From NCBI GenBank assembly GCA_000091205.1, contig AP006499.2: 64,000 nucleotides of DNA. One strand, 5' to 3'. The notes beneath the pieces were generated by a model. The model had not been told where the DNA came from. It did not search any database and saw nothing but the letters and a program-made list of their open reading frames with translations. The position numbers were made by a program, and so were the translations under genes. This DNA comes from Cyanidioschyzon merolae. Taxonomy: Eukaryota. Positions 56,394 to 64,000 of this stretch are shown here, one piece after another. Each line of letters opens with the position of its first letter. Position 1 is the stretch's first letter.

Positions 56394-56649
56394 GTCCATG
56401 CATACGCTGCTTGGACGCACGATGGCGCACACACTGGACAACAGTCGCACGTGGAATCCACTCCCGCCGAGGTCAGTCCAGACGCAAGACGTATCTGGTC
56501 GAGCTGGTATCGCGCACACCCCGTGTATAACGTTCGTTGCGCTTGTCCAGCATGCGTCGACTCTGGACGCGAGCAGTGAAGTTTATCGTGCGGCGCAATA
56601 CGCGTTCACGGAATTTGCCGTTCGAAGCGTAAGACTTTCCAAGCCGTTT

Positions 56650-58488
56650 TTACTTGCCGCGCTTCTTTCGTTTATCCACGATCTCGGCGAGATGCGCGGG
56701 AACATGGTACGTACCCGTGAGCAACTCCACAACCTCATCCGCGAAAGAGCCCTGCAAGGTGACTTCGGTGTCAGGGATCCCGCCTTTCTTGGCGCTTCCT
56801 GCGATTTCCGACACGGTTGCTGCTGCGGCAAAACGCCGCTGGGCATCGGCGGCAAACTGCTGGTCGTCAATACCGTACACGCGCATGCGCTGAATACGGG
56901 TGATATGCTTGCGACCTCCCTGGCGATCCTCGACGATAACTTGTATTGGTTTCACACGTCCGCGTTGCAGTTTGCCATCACGACCGATACGGTGCCAGAT
57001 CTCCATGCTTTCCAGCATTCGATCGAAAAGTTCACGGAAGGGCAGTTGCCGCGGTGAACCGGTCGGTGCGCATTGCAGAAACGAGCAGAGATCCTCATTC
57101 ATCTCGACGATGTTCCTGGGGCGCTCGAGTCCATGAGCACGTACGTAGTGTTCAAGCAGCTTGAACAACTGGTCGCTTTGGAAAAACTCAGCGCCCTGGC
57201 TGGTGTCAGCGACAGCGTCCATCACCGAGGGCATCCCAGCAGCGAGTGCCTCGAGGAATGCTCTCTGGTGGGGTTTCGCTTTGAACCATTCCTCGACGTG
57301 AATGACTCGTTCCGTTTCAGCCAGTGACTGCGATTCCCGTGTTTCCGATGCGCTAAACGCCGCGCTATTATGGGACTCGAACGACTGCAAAAGTTCGTGG
57401 TTGCGATCAACCTCAACAATGAGGATGGCACCGCGCTGTTCCTTCGTTTTGATCAGCTTCCGCTTCACCATCGCTTTGAGAAATGCTCCTAGCTTCTTAT
57501 ATGAGGTCGCTTTCAGATCTAGGGCAGTGCCTGCCGGGCGACTTGGCACCACGAACTCAGTGTAAAACTTGCTCGCGTCAATGGGTAGCGCGAGACTGGG
57601 GTGAATTTTCAGCGCTTGCAAAAAGCTCTGGATCAACAACTGATCCGGTTCTACATCGAGAGCGCGTTCGTTCTCCGTCTCAGCTGTGTCGATAATGTGC
57701 TGCGCTTCAAGGTCTTGCGCCACTTCATCGATAGCATGGTTTGCATCCACCGTGGATGAGGCACTCGTTGTGGCGGCGTTATCGTTCCTGGACGGAGGCG
57801 GCGCCTCACCCGCTTTCATGGTGGACGTCTCCAGGCCCGCTTCCTCGCCGCCGGCATTGCGGTCGTTGTCGTCGTCGTCGTCGTCGTCGCCAGGCACTGC
57901 CTCAACGACCTCACCCAAGATAAAGCCACGATTCGGGACTGCTTTCGAACCGTACTCCCAGAGCGCATCGCCAAAAAAGTGCTCTACTGCAAGCACTTTT
58001 CCTTTGGTGTTCTTGTCCGCGCTATCCGAGCCGATCAGTGTCGTCCCAACGGCGAGCGCACACGGGTTGCCCCGCACGCGTACCGCGATTACTTGGGTGG
58101 CACGCCAGGTTAGCGCTGGGTCATCACGAAAAACGCCAGGAAGCATCAGATCGGCACCGCCCAGGAGAAACTTGCTAACTTGAGAGATGGTCTCGAGTGC
58201 GGGCCAGCGCCGCACCTTCCACAGCGTGTATACCGTTGGGTAGTAGAGCGATGAGCGCGCAGGTTGAAACAGCACCGGATCCTGCTCCACGACGTAGACG
58301 CTTGCCTTGGGCGTCGAACACTTGACCAGAATGATGTTTTTAGACTTTGAGTGCGGTAGGATTTGGTCGACCTCCTCTTCCGTTATCCAGTGCGCTTCTT
58401 GGAGCAGAAGCTCCTGGCGCAGTTTCCGCACATCGGATGATCGTACTGGGTTGCTCGTCGAAACTTCAAGGCGTTTCCATGCACCCAT
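56650..58488 (-). CDS. EIF2D: eIF2D / ligatin (PUA, SWIB, SUI1 domains)
   Basis: N-terminus MGAWKRLEVSTSNPVRSSDVRKLR...YPTVYTLW...LLGGADLMLPGV matches the eIF2D N-terminus. C-terminal SUI1 block KPIQVIVEDRQGGRKHITRIQRMRVYGID...TLQGSF. Poly-Asp from (GTC)9 at 57868-57895. Confidence 0.85.
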   Translation of the reverse strand: MGAWKRLEVSTSNPVRSSDVRKLRQELLLQEAHWITEEEVDQILPHSKSKNIILVKCSTPKASVYVVEQDPVLFQPARSSLYYPTVYTLWKVRRWPALETISQVSKFLLGGADLMLPGVFRDDPALTWRATQVIAVRVRGNPCALAVGTTLIGSDSADKNTKGKVLAVEHFFGDALWEYGSKAVPNRGFILGEVVEAVPGDDDDDDDNDRNAGGEEAGLETSTMKAGEAPPPSRNDNAATTSASSTVDANHAIDEVAQDLEAQHIIDTAETENERALDVEPDQLLIQSFLQALKIHPSLALPIDASKFYTEFVVPSRPAGTALDLKATSYKKLGAFLKAMVKRKLIKTKEQRGAILIVEVDRNHELLQSFESHNSAAFSASETRESQSLAETERVIHVEEWFKAKPHQRAFLEALAAGMPSVMDAVADTSQGAEFFQSDQLFKLLEHYVRAHGLERPRNIVEMNEDLCSFLQCAPTGSPRQLPFRELFDRMLESMEIWHRIGRDGKLQRGRVKPIQVIVEDRQGGRKHITRIQRMRVYGIDDQQFAADAQRRFAAAATVSEIAGSAKKGGIPDTEVTLQGSFADEVVELLTGTYHVPAHLAEIVDKRKKRGK

Positions 58489-60382
58489 ACTTGGAGTCTC
58501 CTAAAAAGGCATTAGCGACAGGAGTCTGGCTTGCGATATCACAAAACGAGCTGTGAGTGTAGCAGCCGCAGATCCTTGTCCAGCGGTGGTGCGTCGCCCG
58601 CGCCGGCGACGTTTTCATTCGGTGGGCATCGCTGCTGTCGTGCGCTGCGTTTATGCGTCTAAGGAGTACGCCCATACCAGAAGTATACAGAATGGAGACT
58701 CTGACCGTACTCGGTCGCCAAAACGCTAGCATTCCGCTCTCCTTCTATCTATTTTCATCAACATCAGCCTGTGCGGGCTTTGAGTGCGACTGATTCCTGT
58801 CCCTCTCGCTGATCACTGGGCTTACAAATGCCGATGTCTGCATTCGCGTCAGCCGCGCTGCAGCAGTCGAGATACGGTGATGCCAGCGTTCGAGTCCGGC
58901 GTTCGCTGTTTCTGGTTCATCCGCAAGCACTGCATCCACAAGCGGTCGTTACGATCCGTGCGTTGCTGGCCATTTGGAGCCCACGTCTCTGGAGCTTCGG
59001 TGCGGCTGCCGCAGCGATGACGCCTGACTGCGTTCAGGTGCTTCCATGGGTCTGACGCCACACACGTGCTCCTTCGAGCACCGCCTCGTGGCACGTGAAC
59101 GCGCGCGTCATCGCTCCTTGCATGCCACTGACCGCTGCAAAAGGCTGCCTTGGATGCCGTACCCAAAGAGCACGGACTTGTTCTGGGCGATCGCCTTGGC
59201 GAGCACGCTATCGACTGCGTATGCAAGCGACCGCTGCCCCGTTCGACAGAGGATTTGCGGTAAGCGACGTCGTTCGGGATCAGGTATGTACCGGGGGCGG
59301 AATCCAGACTGGAGCGCACGCCCAGCAATGTCGATCGGTCTGCGCTCCCTTCTTCGTGCACAGCGGTGACACGCGCTCTGCTGGAAGCGATCGCTACGAT
59401 GCCTGACGTCCGACTCCAGGGCCCTTTGTAATGCAAACAAGGGAGACGAGCACTTGTGGGCGTATTTTCGCATGAGAGGTATGTTGCTGACGATGTTGCA
59501 TGGTGTGTTGTCGATGCCCACAGAGGGAGAGGGCAGGATTTGTCACTGGAGTGAAATCGATGATTTGACGGAACGCGTTCAGAGAGGGTTCGGTATGCGC
59601 TTGAGACGAAGCCTCACAGGCTCGCCGTCGACTTCTCCTTCACTCGCGGAGGCGGTGACCCGAATCGCCCCGCCCGCGAGTCGCCTCGCAACGGACGGAT
59701 CGGGAGCTTGGAGAACGCGGGATCGCAGGATGCTGTTCGTAAGGGAAGCGGAAGAGCAGAGGCTCGCACGCGTACAGCGGGTAACGAAAGCGGATACTGG
59801 ACAAACCATTCTGGATTGCGTCGCGAATGGTCTTGCTTCTAGTCACGTAACGAATTCCTGCTATGAAAGCGGTAGGAACTACTCCGAGGGTTATCACCGA
59901 AAATCCTAAAAGTGCATGCAAATCCCTGAGCCCCAATCGCTGCACGTGGAATGTCGATGCTATGCTTCTGAATAAAAAACTCGGTGAAAATCACGAGGCA
60001 GGAACAGAGCAAACAATTCAGTGTTCCATTTTCACCTGGCGCAAAACTCGCGGTCGCTTTCAGACACTATCTCCGGCAAGCAACGAACAAGGCGAGTGTT
60101 TTCTATGGATCGTGCTGGCAAGTGACAGCGGTCTACACGATACCGTACGCTGAGGTATGCGTTCAGTCTCATTGAACACATCTCCTGGGACTCTCCGAAA
60201 GCATGTACAATGCCCAGGGCCAAGTCGACTTGTAAAAGATCTCTGCGGGCCAATATCCATCCCTAGAAACACGGCTCTCGTCGTGGTGCTTTTCCAGAGA
60301 GCCCCCCGCTTATCCCGAATGTCATTTCCCTCATCCCGAAAGCTGCGCGAACACATGGCGGAGCTTCCCAACGGGACCTTAT

Positions 60383-61285
60383 CTAGCGATCTGCATCCAA
60401 GTAGCAGCGGTGCGATGCGATGACAGCCTCCACAATGCGTTTCTCTATTTCCGTGTCCGACTCGGGACACTCGATTTCCTCCATTCGCCCGTTCTCCAGA
60501 ATCCATACCCTATGATGGCGTTCGTGCAGCAGGTTCGCAACCATGATATGGGCTCCGCTGCGGCTAGCAGTCAACTGTGCTCGTTCGTGCAAAGTCTCCA
60601 TACTGGTTTCGAGTTTGAAAGCAACGACAAACGCCTGTGGCGCCCAGAGCTCACGCAACAGGTCCAAAAGCTTTGGTGTGCAGCTCAACTTCAACACCAA
60701 CGCAGAGTCCGAGGTTCGCTTATGACTCTTGAAGTCTTCAAACCGCAGGTAAAAGTCGGAAACTGCCGCAGCCATGTACAGGATAGCATTGCGTTCGAAA
60801 ACAGCAGATGCACTCGCAATCAACTCCAAATACTGTGCGTACTCATAGACGGTGCAGAACGGCACTTCGAGAACTCGCTCCTCCTTGAGCGCGCGTTCGT
60901 ACTGCACAAGCGCTGCCTGCGCATCCGCCGTGACTCGGAAAGACGCAACCCCTTCCTTAATATGGCCCTCTGACACCAAAACAGTGACGGGATCCGTGAC
61001 GAGTTTCGCCAAGCGCCGCTGCAGCGGCCGTAACGAGCCCTCCCTATACAGAAAAACCACTGCGTACTCTGACTCCAGAAAGTATTCGGCTGAAGCAGCT
61101 CCTCGACGCCCTGTAGAAAAGTTGTCCAAAAACCGTACGGTATGCTTCTCCAACGGTACCGTGGTGCCTCCAGAACTCACCACCGCTAGGTTGCGCTGGA
61201 AGCGTCTCTGCCGCTCCAAAAAGTTGCGTATGCTGCTCTGGAGAGGCAGTTCTGCGACATAGTACGCAGTAAACGATGGATCCAT
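60383..61285 (-). CDS. PPCS: phosphopantothenate-cysteine ligase
   Basis: LAVVSSGGTTVPLEKHTVRFLDNFSTGRRGAASAEYFLESEYAVVFLYR; LYMAAAVSDFY; PKLL...WAPQAFVVAFKLET; HIMVANLL. ATG 61283-61285. Confidence 0.85.
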   Translation of the reverse strand: MDPSFTAYYVAELPLQSSIRNFLERQRRFQRNLAVVSSGGTTVPLEKHTVRFLDNFSTGRRGAASAEYFLESEYAVVFLYREGSLRPLQRRLAKLVTDPVTVLVSEGHIKEGVASFRVTADAQAALVQYERALKEERVLEVPFCTVYEYAQYLELIASASAVFERNAILYMAAAVSDFYLRFEDFKSHKRTSDSALVLKLSCTPKLLDLLRELWAPQAFVVAFKLETSMETLHERAQLTASRSGAHIMVANLLHERHHRVWILENGRMEEIECPESDTEIEKRIVEAVIASHRCYLDADR

Positions 61286-61721
61286 CGGTTCATATGAATC
61301 GTGTGGCTCAAGCCAGTAGCGGTACCAGACGAATCGCCGCTCTTTACGGGATCAGAGCACACCAACAAAGCCAGCCTTGCCGGGTATCGAAGCGCTTGGC
61401 GTCCGTAACGACGTCGCCAGTAACCCTTAATAACGCTACAGCATCCACTGGGTATCCTTGGCGCAATACCTACGAGTATTCTGCCTCTAACTGCTAAAGC
61501 AAGTGCTATATTCCAGGTGGCCAGGTTGCTTCTCGAGTTGCGGCAGCTGGGCGTCGAGCGTTCGGCCGCGACGTCCTTCGGGGCCGCCCCCCGCGCAGCA
61601 GCGCCGCTCTCCCGGTGGGCATGTCGTCACTGCGAGAGCCTTTGAACAGGTTGTTTTTCGTGGCTCTTCACTTTGATCCTTGACGAAAGGCGTCAGAAGA
61701 TCGCTCTACGGCAGCGGTACT

Positions 61722-64000
61722 ATGATCCTGCAGCGAGTGCTGCGCTCAGCGCGGCCGGAGCGGTACGCTGGCAGCCTCGAGCGACTCACTCGTCTGACGC
61801 AGCGTCGACAGTGGACGCTTCCTTTGCGACAGTCTCGCGGGTTTAGCAGCGAGTCTGATGCCGCCGCAGCGGAGAACAAAGAGCCACCAAGCCAACCCAG
61901 TGAGCATTCTGCAAGTGACGCTGTTGCGCAGCCGCCTTCGATTGTGCAACGGGTCCCGTTTCGGGAGCTGGTACTGCCTTGCATCCCGCTGTACCGTCGG
62001 CCGCTCTTTCCCGGAATTGTTGCGCCAATTCTGGTCCAAGACTCGGCTGCATGTGAGGCGTTCCTTGCAATGAAGGATGGTGGTAACCGGTTCGCTGGCC
62101 TCTTCCTCCATAAAAGCGCAGGTCAGGGTCGCCAACAGGGTGGCGGCGAAGCGCCCGGGGGCATCACCGCGCTCCCCGCTGACGGACTCTTGCGCGGAGC
62201 GCCGGATCCGGATCAACTGTTCAAAGTTGGGGTTATTGGTGAACTGCTGCGTATGGCTCCGCGACCGAAGGGTCTCGAGCTCACCTATATGTGTCACCAT
62301 CGAATCCGCGCCACCGGGGTTGCTCGCCGCGAGGCGTTGCTGTTCCTCCACACGGAGCCCGTCCAGGAGGAGAAGGTGGAACAGACCACCTCCATTCGAG
62401 CGTATTCTCTTGCGGTAGTTGAAACACTGCGAGAGCTCTTGTCTGCGGGATCGCTGTACAAGGAACAACTGGAGCTGCTGCTCGAATCCGTGGATGTGAA
62501 CAACCCCTATCATCTTGCAGATCTGGGCGCTTGCCTCGCCTCGACAGCAGACGCTGCCGCTTTGCAAGAAATTCTCGAAGAGCCACGACTGGAAGAGCGT
62601 TTGAGCAAAACTCTTGGACTTCTCAAATCCGAGCTGGAGACCATTCGCGTGCAACGCAAGATCAGTCGGCAAATCGAAGAGAACGTCTCCAATGCGCAGC
62701 GCAAGTTCTTTCTCAACGAGCAATTGAAGTACATTCGCAAAGAACTTGGCTTAGAGAAGGATGAGCGCGAGTCAGTGAAATCCAAACTTTTGGCTCGACT
62801 GGAGCAGAAGCAAGTACCAAAGCAGGCGGCCAGCGTCATCGACGAAGAGATGCAGAAACTGAGCGCCTTGGACCCGGCCAGCTCCGAGTACAATGTGACG
62901 CGCAACTACCTCGACTGGCTGACCATCATACCCTGGGGTGTCTACTCGCAGGATAACCTCGATATCCAGAATGTACGTGCGGTGCTAGACGAGGATCACT
63001 ATGGAATGGATGATGTGAAGAAGCGGATTCAGGAATTCATCGCCATTGGCAAACTCAAGGGCACCGTCGAAGGCAAGATTCTACTGCTGAGCGGACCCCC
63101 CGGGGTCGGCAAGACAACCATTGGCAAGTCCATCGCTCGCGCACTGGGCCGCAAGTGCTACCGTTTCTCCGTCGGCGGTATGAGCGACGTCGCTGAAATC
63201 AAAGGTCATCGGCGAACGTACGTGGGCGCTATGCCCGGCAAGTTCATCCAAGCGCTCAAAGTTGCGCAGACTCAGAATCCGCTCATTCTCATCGACGAAA
63301 TCGACAAACTCGGCCGAGGCTGGCAAGGAGATCCCTCGTCGGCACTCCTCGAAGCACTGGATCCCGAGCAGAATAACGCTTTCCTGGATCATTATCTGGA
63401 TGTGCCGGTGGATCTCAGCAAAACCCTCTTCATCTGCACGGCCAACGTAATCGATTCGATCCCGTCACCGCTTCTAGACCGCATGGAAAACATCTCCCTA
63501 CCTGGATATATTCTGGAGGAAAAAGTTGCCATTGCCCGACGCCACCTGGTACCGCAGGCTCGCAAGGCAGCTGGCCTTACAGCTCGTCAACTGGTGATCC
63601 GTGAAGGCGCTCTGCGGGCGCTCGCACGCGATTACTGTCGCGAGGCTGGCGTCCGTAGTCTTCAAAAACAGATTGAACGCATCTGCCGCAAAGTAGCGCT
63701 GCAGATCGTGAACCAGGACATCGGCCAGATGGTTGTCAACAGCGAATCGCTCCCGGAACTCGTCGGAAAGCCCCCGTACGCAAGCGAGCTCGCTTATCGC
63801 CGCATGCCGTCTGGGGTAGCGCGGGGTCTCGCCTGGACACCTCTGGGCGGAGCAGTCCTCTACGTTGAGAGTATTGATACCGGGCATCAAGGTAGTGGAG
63901 GCGCTTTTACTGGTGGTCCACGCCTCCATACGACGGGCCAAATCGGCAGCGTCATGAAAGAGAGCAGCGATATTGCGCTCTCTTTCGCTAGACGCTTTCT
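61722..64000 (+). CDS. LONP1: Lon protease, mitochondrial-type (LonP1), 3'-partial (runs off window)
   Basis: Absent from the ORF track because no stop lies in the window. Frame with ATG 61722 is open from 61677 to 64000: MILQRVLRSARPERYAGSLERLTRL (Arg-rich presequence), Lon N-domain, Walker A GPPGVGKTT, LILIDEIDKLG. The proteolytic serine lies beyond the window. Confidence 0.9.
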   Translation, partial: MILQRVLRSARPERYAGSLERLTRLTQRRQWTLPLRQSRGFSSESDAAAAENKEPPSQPSEHSASDAVAQPPSIVQRVPFRELVLPCIPLYRRPLFPGIVAPILVQDSAACEAFLAMKDGGNRFAGLFLHKSAGQGRQQGGGEAPGGITALPADGLLRGAPDPDQLFKVGVIGELLRMAPRPKGLELTYMCHHRIRATGVARREALLFLHTEPVQEEKVEQTTSIRAYSLAVVETLRELLSAGSLYKEQLELLLESVDVNNPYHLADLGACLASTADAAALQEILEEPRLEERLSKTLGLLKSELETIRVQRKISRQIEENVSNAQRKFFLNEQLKYIRKELGLEKDERESVKSKLLARLEQKQVPKQAASVIDEEMQKLSALDPASSEYNVTRNYLDWLTIIPWGVYSQDNLDIQNVRAVLDEDHYGMDDVKKRIQEFIAIGKLKGTVEGKILLLSGPPGVGKTTIGKSIARALGRKCYRFSVGGMSDVAEIKGHRRTYVGAMPGKFIQALKVAQTQNPLILIDEIDKLGRGWQGDPSSALLEALDPEQNNAFLDHYLDVPVDLSKTLFICTANVIDSIPSPLLDRMENISLPGYILEEKVAIARRHLVPQARKAAGLTARQLVIREGALRALARDYCREAGVRSLQKQIERICRKVALQIVNQDIGQMVVNSESLPELVGKPPYASELAYRRMPSGVARGLAWTPLGGAVLYVESIDTGHQGSGGAFTGGPRLHTTGQIGSVMKESSDIALSFARRF

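Noticed and set aside
56326-57057. 243-aa plus-strand ORF
   Set aside because: Entirely antisense to the well-supported eIF2D gene. No motifs. Typical GC-rich artefact. The same reasoning applies to 3133..4335(-), 14687..15304(-), 24343..24682(-) and similar.

Overview
GC-rich (about 58-60%), intron-poor eukaryotic nuclear DNA. Every recognisable host gene reads as a single uninterrupted ORF, and genes lie on both strands. About 20 conserved genes can be named from protein motifs: IMP4/Brix, inositol polyphosphate kinase, ARF1, an ApbE-like flavin transferase fusion, CPSF100/CPSF2, RPL6, an RBBP6/Mpe1-like DWNN protein, histidinol dehydrogenase, a VPS26-family protein, a plastid/cyanobacterial-type ATP synthase gamma, an NMNAT-like nucleotidyltransferase, a 4-domain M16 peptidase, thioredoxin, eIF2D/ligatin, PPCS, and LonP1 running off the 3' window edge. 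The provided ORF track omits Lon because it has no in-window stop, and the track uses alternative start codons, so several true starts are internal ATGs. Between the genes are AT-richer islands that hold the most interesting content: at least five, probably six, decayed TnpB/Fanzor-like RuvC-nuclease (OMEGA family) relics. They fall into two clear families: family A has three minus-strand copies with the RuvC-III signature KRMEFxN[KR]DFNAAINI, and family B has two plus-strand copies with DRDLDAAINILRLL. A third, more doubtful relic (family C) has no RuvC-III signature. Each relic carries frameshifts or stops and a conserved non-coding tail downstream of the ORF that could be a guide-RNA (omegaRNA) scaffold. 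The window also holds a 5'-truncated, frameshifted L1-like LINE (RT plus zf-RVT), several microsatellites, a 72-bp tandem duplication, and an ApbE-like gene broken by a frameshift exactly at a G8 homopolymer. Many long ORFs antisense to real genes are GC-driven artefacts and are not called. Organism identity cannot be fixed from sequence alone; the plastid-type ATP synthase gamma without the green-lineage redox Cys cassette, plus near-absence of introns, points to an intron-poor photosynthetic protist, possibly red-lineage (low confidence).
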